From a virus (Duplodnaviria > Caudoviricetes): a DNA stretch of 28,020 nt. Shown here piece after piece: positions 1 to 7,722 of this stretch. The notes under the pieces are model-generated. The model worked only from the letters and a program-made list of their open reading frames with translations, was not told where the DNA came from and did no database searches. Each line of letters starts with the position of its first letter. Positions within the stretch are counted from its first letter, which is position 1. Made by a program: the position numbers and the translations under genes. The stretch lies in the IMG/VR virus record IMGVR_UViG_3300038393_002063, positions 1 through 28,020 of that record. The stretch is one strand, 5' to 3'.

Positions 1-173
1 GTCAGGCACCGCAAAAAGAATTTCAGCGAGACTAGTTTTAGGGTGCGTTTGTTTTTGGTTGGCGTCTGGTACGAAAAACGTTAGTTAGATCGCTGCCGTT
101 CCGGTGGCCGCCAGCAGCGTGGCGACCACGACACGCAACGCCCAAGGCGACCATCGGGGCGGCAGATCGGTGA

Positions 174-250
174 CGCGGGGTAGAGCAGCCCGGTAGCTCG
201 TCTGGCTCATAACCAGAAGGACGTCGGTTCGAATCCGACCCCCGCCACCA
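174..250 (+). tRNA. tRNA-Met(CAT), initiator (fMet)-type
   Basis: Cloverleaf: acceptor CGCGGGG/CCCCGCC with C1:C72 mismatch, D arm GAGC/GCTC (A11:U24), anticodon arm TCTGG-CTCATAA-CCAGA, T arm GTCGG-TTCGAAT-CCGAC, discriminator A and encoded CCA. Confidence 0.95.
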
Positions 251-360
251 CCGAGTGCCAAGGACGGGAAATCAGGGCGGCCAGCCGACGTGACATTCCG
301 GCGCCCGCACCGCGATCCGGCAAGGCTCCAACTCCACACATTTGAGAGAAGGACACAGCC

Positions 361-858
361 ATGTCTGTGATTGCTAAGCTACAAATCACGAGCTGCCGCG
401 ACTTCGGTAAGACCGGCTTTATGACGACCCTTCAGTGCGTCTGTGAGAACGACCTGATGGCCGCCTATGCAGAGGCGAATGAAGACCGATGCTTCACCAA
501 GTACAGCCCATGGGGAGAAGCCCAGCTCGGCAAGTGCCTCGTCACCGGCGTCCCCGTCGACATGCTGAAGGGGCGCAAGTTCTATGCGATAGCTCTGCGC
601 GGCTCCGAGCAGCCGAAATGCGAAGGAGCAGCGGCCGTCGTGCCAGCGCGCGTTGCTGAGGTCGCGAAGACCAGCCCCGATAACGGTCGCGTCGAGATCG
701 TCTCTTTCAAGGGCGAGGTCGGGCTCAACTGGCGGATGTCGATCGACAACCCGCCGGCGGTTGAGTTCTTCGTACCTGGCAGCTGCGACTACTTCGTCGC
801 GTTCTACGACGCGCTCGAGTTCAGCATGGACGAAGCGCTGGCGTCCGCCCATGCATAG
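361..858 (+). CDS. Hypothetical phage protein (165 aa)
   Basis: ORF with RBS-like GAGAAGGA upstream and phage-like codon use. Confidence 0.8.
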   Translation: MSVIAKLQITSCRDFGKTGFMTTLQCVCENDLMAAYAEANEDRCFTKYSPWGEAQLGKCLVTGVPVDMLKGRKFYAIALRGSEQPKCEGAAAVVPARVAEVAKTSPDNGRVEIVSFKGEVGLNWRMSIDNPPAVEFFVPGSCDYFVAFYDALEFSMDEALASAHA

Positions 859-1024
859 CGCCGAGTACCAACGCGGCTATGACGCCGGCTATAAGCGGGC
901 CCTTCTCGACGCATTGAGTCGACCGCGAGACGAGTTGCGCGATTGTGCTCGCAAGCGGCTCGGCGGACCTGACAGCCCCTTCAAGCCTCGCGGCGTGCCC
1001 GGCTCGATTTACAACGACGGCTGA
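851..1024 (+). CDS. Small hypothetical protein (57 aa, MHSAEYQRGYDAGY...)
   Basis: ATG overlaps the end of the upstream gene; stop lies just before a hairpin. Confidence 0.55.
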   Translation: MHSAEYQRGYDAGYKRALLDALSRPRDELRDCARKRLGGPDSPFKPRGVPGSIYNDG

Positions 1025-1190
1025 CGCTCGTAGCCGTCGGCTCAACAGGGGGAGGGGCGTCGTTCGCGGTGCCCCTTTCCTCTCGGGAGAAAAGCGCGAA
1101 CTGGAAGGTGTCGGGGATTCCCTGTTTCCACCGCGGCCAGGCATCCATGATCCGACACTCGCGGCAGTCGCACCGCTGAGGATGACTCAC
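981..1190 (-). CDS. Possible small Cys-containing protein (CDCREC)
   Basis: GTGA overlap with the upstream stop, but it runs through the hairpin and overlaps the + strand ORF. Confidence 0.3.
   Translation of the reverse strand: MSHPQRCDCRECRIMDAWPRWKQGIPDTFQFALFSREERGTANDAPPPVEPTATSVSRRCKSSRARREA
1047..1081. terminator. GC-rich hairpin between converging transcription units
   Basis: AGGGGGAGGGGCGTCG-TTCG-CGGTGCCCCTTTCCT. Confidence 0.55.
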
Positions 1191-1381
1191 GGTTTCTGCC
1201 TTCGCCAATAGTCGCAGCGTTTGCGGGCGCGACTTAGGTTATCCTTCGCAGCCATGCGTTCGCGCTCGATATAAGCGGCAGTGCGGGGTCTGGTAGCGCC
1301 GCAGTCGCACTCATGCGGATATTGATCGCAGTGATAGCCGCACTGGTCACCGTGGCCGGTGCTCGTCCCGTAGCCAGCCAT
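1187..1381 (-). CDS. Small Cys/His-rich hypothetical protein (64 aa, MAGYGTSTGHGDQCGYHCDQYPHECDCG)
   Basis: TGATG coupling with the HD gene stop; 3' part of the listed 1187..2125 frame. Confidence 0.6.
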   Translation of the reverse strand: MAGYGTSTGHGDQCGYHCDQYPHECDCGATRPRTAAYIERERMAAKDNLSRARKRCDYWRRQKP

Positions 1382-1917
1382 CAAAAGCCGCGCCCCGTCA
1401 GCTCCTTGTAGCGGTCTTCCCACACGACCGCCGCCATGGACGGCAGCCAACACTCTAGCTTGACGTTCGGTGTCTCGACGCCGTCGAGACACTCGAAGAG
1501 GGTACGATTGACGACGAGCTTCTCCCGCTCGATCGCGAGCATCTGCATGTCGGCCTTCTTTACCGCGGGCGTGTGAAAGTCCGGCCAGTTGAAATGCTTT
1601 CGCAGCGCGTCTTCGAAGCGCCGCTCGAATGCTCTGTAGTCGGGTAGCATACGCTTCAGCGGCGAGGTGACGTCGCCGATGATCGCTTCGGCGGCGTCGT
1701 GCACCAGTGCCGCGAGCTTGCCGATGGGAGCGATATAGCTTGCCCAGACGCAATGCTCGGCGACGGAGTAGAACGCCGTCGTCTGATTGAACTGTCCGTT
1801 GAAGCGCACCTGGCGCGCGAGGCCGACGGCGATGTCGCGGATGCGCACCTCGCTGACGTCGATCGGGTCGAGGAAGACGCGGCGGCCAGTGGCGGTCGGG
1901 ATCCAGTTGTCGGGCAT
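1381..1917 (-). CDS. HD-domain phosphohydrolase (YfbR/YfdR-like deoxynucleotidase)
   Basis: RFNG, FYSVAEHCV, ALVHDAAEAIIGDVTSPLK, ADMQMLAIE motifs. Confidence 0.88.
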   Translation of the reverse strand: MPDNWIPTATGRRVFLDPIDVSEVRIRDIAVGLARQVRFNGQFNQTTAFYSVAEHCVWASYIAPIGKLAALVHDAAEAIIGDVTSPLKRMLPDYRAFERRFEDALRKHFNWPDFHTPAVKKADMQMLAIEREKLVVNRTLFECLDGVETPNVKLECWLPSMAAVVWEDRYKELTGRGF

Positions 1918-2132
1918 CAGTGAACCTGGTTCCAGAGGTCGACTGCGGCGCAGTCATCAGCGAACGCGTCTTCGGTCCGCTCGCCGACGGCGCCGCAGTC
2001 GGCACACTCAACCCACGTCTCGACGGAGTCCTCGGCAACCCGCGCGTATTCGACCCCAACATTCTCGCTTCCGCAGAAGCAGGGGCTGGGCGTGCAAGGT
2101 CGTCGAGCCTTGATGGCGATGGCAAAGCTCAT
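1917..2132 (-). CDS. Lar-family restriction-alleviation-like Zn-ribbon protein
   Basis: PCFCGS...VECADCGA...AVDLWN pattern. Confidence 0.7.
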   Translation of the reverse strand: MSFAIAIKARRPCTPSPCFCGSENVGVEYARVAEDSVETWVECADCGAVGERTEDAFADDCAAVDLWNQVH

Positions 2133-2350
2133 TGCTTGCGCTCCACGATGCCGGCGTGCGGCGCGAGCGCGCGTACCTTTTCGATATTGGCGATTGCCTT
2201 CGAGGGGCGAGTGAAGCCCTCACCGCTCGCACACAGGATCTTGTTGTTGTTCGCCAGCAGCCGCCAGCGGGTCTCGCCCTTCTCGTCCTTGTACAGTTCA
2301 AACACTAGGTCGGTCCTTTCTTCGGCTCGGCCGAACAGCGGCCATTTCAC
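2129..2350 (-). CDS. YegP/DUF1508-family protein
   Basis: FELYKDEKGETRWRLLANNNKILCASGEGF motif; GTG start overlaps the upstream stop. Confidence 0.8.
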   Translation of the reverse strand: MKWPLFGRAEERTDLVFELYKDEKGETRWRLLANNNKILCASGEGFTRPSKAIANIEKVRALAPHAGIVERKQ

Positions 2351-2913
2351 GCTGCGCTTCTCCACACGATCGGTTGCTGGTCGCGCGGGATGCGATGCTT
2401 CCCGCGAGCGAGGGGGTGCTTGGGCTGTCCGCTTTCGGTCGTGCCGAGGCACACCAGGTCGACGCCGCGGGCGATAGCCTGCTTCGCGAACCACTCGTCG
2501 GCGGCATGGTGCGAGCCGTTGTTGCCCCAGGCGGCGAGGATGGAGCGACCGTGCTGCTTGGCGTAGCCGATCGCGTCGAAGAGGAAGCCCTTGTTGCTGT
2601 CGCCCATGGCGGTGAGCTCGCCCTCGGTCATCATCTCGGCGGGCGAGGAGGTGCGCAGCGCGAAGAGGTTGACGACGTAGAGCCCGCCGAAGCCCCAGAG
2701 CTTGCCGAAATGAATGAGGGTGAGGATGGTCGGGTCGTTCCTGTCCGCGTCCGCCGTGCTGGGATTGAGCATGCAGACGACGAGCAGCGGCAGGCTCTCA
2801 TCCCAGACGCGACGCAGCTCGTAGCGATAATTGCCGATGATGACCGCCGTGCCCTTGATTGCTGCGGCTGCCGCCGGAGGCATGTCGAAGAAGGCGAGTT
2901 GCTCCTCTTCCAT
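2347..2913 (-). CDS. DUF1643-family protein
   Basis: YRYELRRVWD, CMLNPSTAD, DPTI, VNLFA, AAWG, PKHPL motifs. Confidence 0.88.
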   Translation of the reverse strand: MEEEQLAFFDMPPAAAAAIKGTAVIIGNYRYELRRVWDESLPLLVVCMLNPSTADADRNDPTILTLIHFGKLWGFGGLYVVNLFALRTSSPAEMMTEGELTAMGDSNKGFLFDAIGYAKQHGRSILAAWGNNGSHHAADEWFAKQAIARGVDLVCLGTTESGQPKHPLARGKHRIPRDQQPIVWRSAA

Positions 2914-3128
2914 CAGACGCGGTTTTCCCTGAAGCGTCGGTCACCGCGGGGCGTTGTGCGGTGCGGCGCGTTGCGCGCGTCGATTTCCTTGATGATCTTC
3001 TCGAGGCGAACGCTCTCCTGGTGGGTGAGTGCCTGTCGCCGACTGCGGGCGTCGAGCTCCGCATACTCGTCGTCGAGGCATCTCCGGCGGGCTCGGCCCG
3101 CGTTGCCGCGCACCTTCAGTTTTCCCAC
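2913..3128 (-). CDS. Small basic hypothetical protein
   Basis: TGATG-coupled to DUF1643; start uncertain because it lies inside the att arm. Confidence 0.5.
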   Translation of the reverse strand: MGKLKVRGNAGRARRRCLDDEYAELDARSRRQALTHQESVRLEKIIKEIDARNAPHRTTPRGDRRFRENRV

Positions 3129-3325
3129 AAAGGGGCTAAGCCATTGTTATCTAATGGCACGAACAGACAGGGAAAATGGGGAAGCGCCGTTGATTCTAAA
3201 GGGAAAAATCCCTTCACGGCGAAAACACGGGTTCGAGTCCCGTTGGGGTCACCACGTTGAAAACAAAAGCTTTTCTCAGTCCCCATTTGATACCTTTCCC
3301 ACAATTCGCGCGGTTTTTCCCACAA
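3121..3325. other. attP: core (3213-3254) is the 3' half of a tRNA-Glu, flanked by arm-type repeats
   Basis: TTCACGGCGAAAACACGGGTTCGAGTCCCGTTGGGGTCACCA has anticodon-loop remnant, T arm, acceptor 3' strand and CCA but no 5' half; TTTCCCACAA at 3121, 3295, 3316; IHF-like TAAGCCATTGTTA at 3137; locally AT-rich and directly downstream of int. Confidence 0.85.
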
Positions 3326-4346
3326 GCCCATTGATATGGCCGGCGATAACGGCCGCCGCGGCGCGCTCGGCGAGCATCCAGCGGCGGGCTTCCTTGGCGT
3401 AGTGACGGACCGTCTCGGGCGTCTTGCCGACGATCGCGCCGATGGTCTCGTCGCTGAGGTCCAGCTCGGTTAGGTAGCAGCAAGCGTTCTTGCTCAAGCC
3501 ATGATAGGTGTAGCGCGCCTGGCCATGTCCATCGACGTGCCCGAGCTTGCGCATCAGTCGCCGCAGACGCGCCTGAAGGCGGTCCGTATCGCGGAACGGC
3601 TTGCCGCTGCGGTCATAGAGCAACGTCACCGACTTGCGCGGCACTGAGCCGATCTCGGCGACCCAGAGAGGGTGCATCGGGATGACGGCGCCGGTGTCGG
3701 TCTTCTTGCTGCGCAAGCGCATGATGCGGCCGTCGTGCCAGCCATGCTGCATCAGGATCGCGTCGCTGATGCGTTGCCCCGAGCAGAGGCCCGTGATGAC
3801 CGCGAGGCGAAGCATCGCGTCTGCCTCTTCGAGCACGTCGCGGATGACATAGGCGGGCCACGGCTCATGCTCGCCGGTTTCTAGGAGCGGGATGCCGGCG
3901 GCGGGATTGACGCTGATCCATCCGCGCTCGGCGCCGAACTCGAGTAGCGCCTTGAATTTGGCCATGTAGTTGTTCGCCTTGCCCGGCTCGTCGGCCATGC
4001 CGTCGCGCAGCGCGTAGCAGTGCTTCCGCTCGAGCTCGCGCACGATGCGGTGACCGTGCTGCTGCTCGATGAGGTCGAGGTAATAGGCCCACGCGGACCG
4101 CGTCGACGCCGCTATCGCCTTCTTCGCGAGGGATGGTCGGAATTCGGCGATGAGCGCGGCCATGGTGCCCGTCGCGGGCTTCTGGCGCGGCAGCACCTCG
4201 CCGTTCACCCTGGCAAGCTCGGCGGCGAAGTTCGGATGCGACGGATCCGGCAGCTTGACGTACTGGTCGCCCCAGCGGCCGTCGGGGAGCTTCACGCGGA
4301 AGCGGCGATAGGTCGATCCGCGTCGCTGGCAGACGCCCTTGATCAT
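3276..4346 (-). CDS. int: Tyrosine recombinase/integrase
   Basis: GQRISD (Arg I), KKT, YHGLSK, VRHY (Tyr); likely start at 4346 (TGATG with xis), alternatives 4349 and 4358. Confidence 0.92.
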   Translation of the reverse strand: MIKGVCQRRGSTYRRFRVKLPDGRWGDQYVKLPDPSHPNFAAELARVNGEVLPRQKPATGTMAALIAEFRPSLAKKAIAASTRSAWAYYLDLIEQQHGHRIVRELERKHCYALRDGMADEPGKANNYMAKFKALLEFGAERGWISVNPAAGIPLLETGEHEPWPAYVIRDVLEEADAMLRLAVITGLCSGQRISDAILMQHGWHDGRIMRLRSKKTDTGAVIPMHPLWVAEIGSVPRKSVTLLYDRSGKPFRDTDRLQARLRRLMRKLGHVDGHGQARYTYHGLSKNACCYLTELDLSDETIGAIVGKTPETVRHYAKEARRWMLAERAAAAVIAGHINGLVGKTARIVGKVSNGD

Positions 4347-4606
4347 CACATGTCCCATGAGCCGGGCGTTGCGCCCTGGCTCGGAGTCGGGTCAACAACA
4401 GGAAGGTCGAATTGCGCGGCGATGAAGCGGTCGAGCTGGACGCGGCTCCACAGCTTCTTCACGCCTTCGCAGATTGGTTGCGGATATTGGCGCGCCTTCA
4501 CCTTGTCGCGGAAGGCGCTGACGCTGACGCCGAGATAGTCGGCCGCCATGTCGTCGTCCATCCGAGCCGGCCAATCCGGCATGCGGGCGATGCGCTCCGG
4601 CCTCAT
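4346..4606 (-). CDS. xis: Excisionase/AlpA-like HTH protein
   Basis: AADYLGVSVSAF...YPQP...KLWSRVQLDRFI; directly upstream of int. Confidence 0.8.
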   Translation of the reverse strand: MRPERIARMPDWPARMDDDMAADYLGVSVSAFRDKVKARQYPQPICEGVKKLWSRVQLDRFIAAQFDLPVVDPTPSQGATPGSWDM

Positions 4607-4815
4607 CCCTCGCCCTCTCCGTCGCTAACGAGGCGGTATAGGTCGTCGGCGTTCACCCTGCCTGCGCAGTAGTTGCTGATGTCGACCTCTTCCCAGCTAT
4701 GGATTCGAGGGTCTTGTCCGCTCTCCTGCTCAAGCCACTGCACGACGAACTGCAGGTAAGGCGGCTCAATCGGCTTGTGGCAGCTGATGCATTCGCCGAA
4801 CGCGCGCCTAGCCAT
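4603..4815 (-). CDS. Hypothetical protein with CxxC
   Basis: Overlap-coupled with neighbours in the leftward operon. Confidence 0.6.
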   Translation of the reverse strand: MARRAFGECISCHKPIEPPYLQFVVQWLEQESGQDPRIHSWEEVDISNYCAGRVNADDLYRLVSDGEGEG

Positions 4816-5113
4816 TCGCGAGCTCCAACAAGGTATCGGCGTGACACGGTGCGCCCGGCGGACACCAGCAAGCCAAGTTCTTGCCCCGAAGGGTGTGAAG
4901 GCGGTCGAGAAGCCGTTGCCGTCGTTCAGGTGCTGGCGTCGTGAGATTAACGGGCGCGAGCAGCCACATACGAAAGGCGAGCACGGCTCCTGTCGCCGTG
5001 AGAGAGTCGGAGCGAAACGGATTGCCGAACGGCGTACTGCGGTCCACCTTCACCGTGTTCGGCGGCATTCGCCAGCCTTTGCGGCGACTGAGTTGAATGC
5101 GCTCAGGCTTCAT
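4808..5113 (-). CDS. DUF4326-family protein
   Basis: RIQLSRRKGWRMP, VDRSTPFGNPF, LRGKNLACWC, CHADTLLELAN. Confidence 0.88.
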   Translation of the reverse strand: MKPERIQLSRRKGWRMPPNTVKVDRSTPFGNPFRSDSLTATGAVLAFRMWLLAPVNLTTPAPERRQRLLDRLHTLRGKNLACWCPPGAPCHADTLLELANG

Positions 5114-5297
5114 CACCATAGTCCACGTGCGTATCGGCATCCCATGCCGCGCCGAGCGCGTAGGATGCCACCATCAGCAGGCCGATGCCGAAGCCATGAA
5201 CGCCGGCATAGACCGAGATTCCAGCGCTGGCGGTGACCAGCACCGCAAGGATGCGGCCGGTGTGCGCCTCGAGCCAAAGCGCGAGCTTCGTCATCAT
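5103..5297 (-). CDS. Small membrane protein with two predicted TM segments
   Basis: Two hydrophobic stretches; overlap-coupled. Confidence 0.65.
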   Translation of the reverse strand: MMTKLALWLEAHTGRILAVLVTASAGISVYAGVHGFGIGLLMVASYALGAAWDADTHVDYGDEA

Positions 5298-5530
5298 GCG
5301 AAGGCAGCCTTCAGGATCCCGCCGCCGAGGCCAAACCGCTTCACCCGCGGTTGCTCAGGCGCAGCCGCTGCGCTTTCGATGACTAGAGCAGTGCCACAGA
5401 AGGCACATTCAGCGGTGACGCGGCCGACGTGCCAGTGCGTGCGGCCGCAACCTGGGCAGCGGTTCGTCTCTCCGAGGCGATAGCTGACGTGGTTACCCCT
5501 GTTACTCGGATCGATATGGCGAGCACTCAA
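5294..5530 (-). CDS. Small Zn-ribbon protein
   Basis: CPGCGRTHWHVGRVTAECAFCG; recalled as typical of sphingomonads (unverified). Confidence 0.72.
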   Translation of the reverse strand: MSARHIDPSNRGNHVSYRLGETNRCPGCGRTHWHVGRVTAECAFCGTALVIESAAAAPEQPRVKRFGLGGGILKAAFA

Positions 5531-5757
5531 CGCGTGTTCTCCGAACTGCGCTCGAGCTGCAACCGGAACCAGTCGCGCTCGGCTTGGGTGGTGGCGAGTT
5601 GCCTTGTCCTGATGCGCAGCTGCTCATTCGCGTCGCAGAGGTAGCGGCGGCACCTGATGAGAGCGTTGCGATCCGCGATCGCCGTAGCGACGCACGCCAG
5701 CAGCATCGCGCCCATGGCGATGACGAAGACGAGGAGGATTGCGACGGCCGACGACAT
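5527..5757 (-). CDS. Small protein, N-terminal TM plus coiled coil
   Basis: Hydrophobic N-terminus; TGATG-coupled to the clamp gene. Confidence 0.65.
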   Translation of the reverse strand: MSSAVAILLVFVIAMGAMLLACVATAIADRNALIRCRRYLCDANEQLRIRTRQLATTQAERDWFRLQLERSSENTR

Positions 5758-6899
5758 CAGTCGGCTCGCATCGGCATGAGGACTGCGCGGAAATCGTCGT
5801 CACCCGCGAAGGTGATCAGCATCGGCGACGCACCGTCCGCTTTCGAAAAGCGGATTGTTAACTCAACGCCCGAGTGTGTAGCGAGGATGCTCAGCAGATA
5901 GCGCGGGTTGAATCCGAATTTCGGCGGGGTCTCGCCACTTGCCGCCCCGCCCAGACTGCGAGTGAACTTCAGGCCCGATGGGTTGGTGAAGCTCAGTTCG
6001 CCGACGGAGGGTTCGAGAGCGGCTACCTTCACAGCTCCGCTGTCGGCCTTATCGATGATCTTCAGCGCCGCCGTCAGCTGAGACCCTGAGAGCGTCATGG
6101 AGCCACAGAATTCGTCGGGCACGACACGGCTGTAATCGGGATAGGTGCCGTCAATCGTCTTCGTCTGCAGCACCCAAGCGCCGAGTCCGAAGACAGCCGT
6201 GCGACGGTCGATTTCGATGACCACATCTTCGAGCGTCGATTTCTCGAGCAGAGATTGAAGGCAGCGAATAGCTCGCTTGTGAATGATACTCTGCGGCATC
6301 TGCCCGTCGAATGTGGCGGGTGCCGTCGTTAGGTGCAGACGATGACCGTCTGTTGCCGTGAATTCGATCTTCCCACTCTTCTGAGTGAAGCACAGCCCCA
6401 TCAGGTAGTAGCGCGTCTCCTCCGACGACATGGCGGCGCGGCAGGCGTAGATAGCCTTCAGAAGATCGCCGCGCTTCACGACGACCGTAGCATCCGGCGT
6501 CCCGCGAACGATCTCGTTGTAATCGGACGCTCTAAGAGCAGCCATGCTGAACTCGCCGGCTTGCCCGCGGAGAGTCAATTCCATTGTTGAGGCGCTGATG
6601 ACCGGAGCCTCGTCATCAAAGGCCTCGGCCGCGGCGAGTAGTGAGTGCGCCGGCACGCAGGCTTCGAACGCAATCCCCTTCCGAGGCAGTACAAAGGTCA
6701 GCTGGTTGTCGAGATCGGTGCAACTAATCGTCAGCGTCTTCTTGTCCGCCACCAGGCGCACGCATTCGAGCACCGGGGCCCCCGCCCGACGGTCAATGAC
6801 GAGCTGGAAGAGGCGGAGCGCTTCGGCGAGTCGCTCGCCTGTAAGCCCCGAGTCGGAAACGGCTGGGTGAGAGAGAACTGCGGCTTCAGGCATTAACAC
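5757..6899 (-). CDS. dnaN: DNA polymerase III beta subunit (sliding clamp) homolog
   Basis: TDLD, AMSSEETRYYLMG, ATDGHRL, IDGTYPDYSRVVP, GFNPRYLL, VLMPMR; start could be ATG at 6893. Confidence 0.92.
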   Translation of the reverse strand: MLMPEAAVLSHPAVSDSGLTGERLAEALRLFQLVIDRRAGAPVLECVRLVADKKTLTISCTDLDNQLTFVLPRKGIAFEACVPAHSLLAAAEAFDDEAPVISASTMELTLRGQAGEFSMAALRASDYNEIVRGTPDATVVVKRGDLLKAIYACRAAMSSEETRYYLMGLCFTQKSGKIEFTATDGHRLHLTTAPATFDGQMPQSIIHKRAIRCLQSLLEKSTLEDVVIEIDRRTAVFGLGAWVLQTKTIDGTYPDYSRVVPDEFCGSMTLSGSQLTAALKIIDKADSGAVKVAALEPSVGELSFTNPSGLKFTRSLGGAASGETPPKFGFNPRYLLSILATHSGVELTIRFSKADGASPMLITFAGDDDFRAVLMPMRAD

Positions 6900-6922
6900 C
6901 TCCCGGCTTGGAGTCGGCGTGT

Positions 6923-6965
6923 TGAGTGCCGAAAAGCGGGAAAGCTGTCAAACGAAATTCGTTAG
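6923..6965 (-). promoter_or_regulatory. PL-like promoter with overlapping operator
   Basis: Perfect TTGACA on the - strand (6951-6946) overlapped by CAAACGA-AAT-TCGTTAG (6949-6965). Confidence 0.7.
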
Positions 6966-7232
6966 CGACTCGGAGCGGGTCGCTTTAGCGCGTGGTCGTC
7001 CATAACGAATGATGAACAGCAACCCCCCTATCGAAAAATATATAGGGTTGTCCTAGGTTAATTGTTCGTCATGTTCCGTGCCGCTGACGAAGAGGCGACT
7101 CGGCGGGCTCGGCCGCCGTAATCACGCCCTTCCCCAGATGGAAAAGCCGTACCGGGGGTGACTAACCGATGCAGAATAATGTTGTGCCAATGCCTATCGC
7201 CGACTGCGCATGTGTCGGCGCTACTTACATAG

Positions 7233-7673
7233 CTAGGAGGCTGCTTTCGGGGCCTCTGTCTCCATCGCCTTCCGAGCAAGGAAGAAGGCCTTCGCCATCT
7301 CTAGGTCACCTAGAACCTGAGGATCGGCTGCGTATCGCAAGAATGCTTGGCAGTCTCTCGCGATGTCCTCGATGCGGCTCTGTTCAGGCACCACGCCTGG
7401 CGCCAGCTCCTGCAGCGCGTAGCGGATCATCATCATTACGACTGGTGTCGTCGCGATAGCGTTTATCGCTTCAAGCGGATCCTCGAGGTGAAACTGCTCG
7501 ACGAGGCGCTGGCCCTCGTCGAGCTTCAGATAGCGGGCGCCGGTGAACAAATCGGCGATGCGCTGCGGCGCAATGCCCAACGCATCCGCTATGTCTTTCT
7601 TCTTGATCTGTCCCGCCTTGAGTAACGCATCCAGGCGAGACAGCACATCGTCTGTCCCAATCATGGCGTGCAT
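7233..7673 (-). CDS. CI-like repressor (XRE HTH), no S24 peptidase domain evident
   Basis: KKKDIADALGIAPQRIADLFTGARYLKLDE; divergent from the cro-like gene; start may be 7663. Confidence 0.8.
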   Translation of the reverse strand: MHAMIGTDDVLSRLDALLKAGQIKKKDIADALGIAPQRIADLFTGARYLKLDEGQRLVEQFHLEDPLEAINAIATTPVVMMMIRYALQELAPGVVPEQSRIEDIARDCQAFLRYAADPQVLGDLEMAKAFFLARKAMETEAPKAAS

Positions 7674-7722
7674 ATAAGTCTTCTTCCTAGCGGGGAGCTA
7701 AAACTAATTCCGTAAATTCAAC

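Noticed and set aside
88-168. SRP (4.5S) RNA
   Set aside because: Long hairpin with AGCAG, but the CAGG/GNRA-loop domain IV motif is not present
3180-3254. Complete tRNA-Glu gene
   Set aside because: No 5' acceptor strand, D arm or 5' anticodon stem upstream; only the 3' half is present, as expected for an att core
1187-3402. Long ORFs 1187..2125 (-) and 2374..3402 (+)
   Set aside because: They overlap well-supported genes in other frames and, for the second, cross attP; only the last 64 codons of the first are kept
7058-7072. CtrA box or LexA box in the switch region
   Set aside because: Only one TTAA half-site; the GTTC pair is spaced by 5 nt rather than 7
7169-7459. ORF antisense to the repressor
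   Set aside because: Almost wholly overlaps the repressor with no recognisable motif; an antisense transcript cannot be excluded
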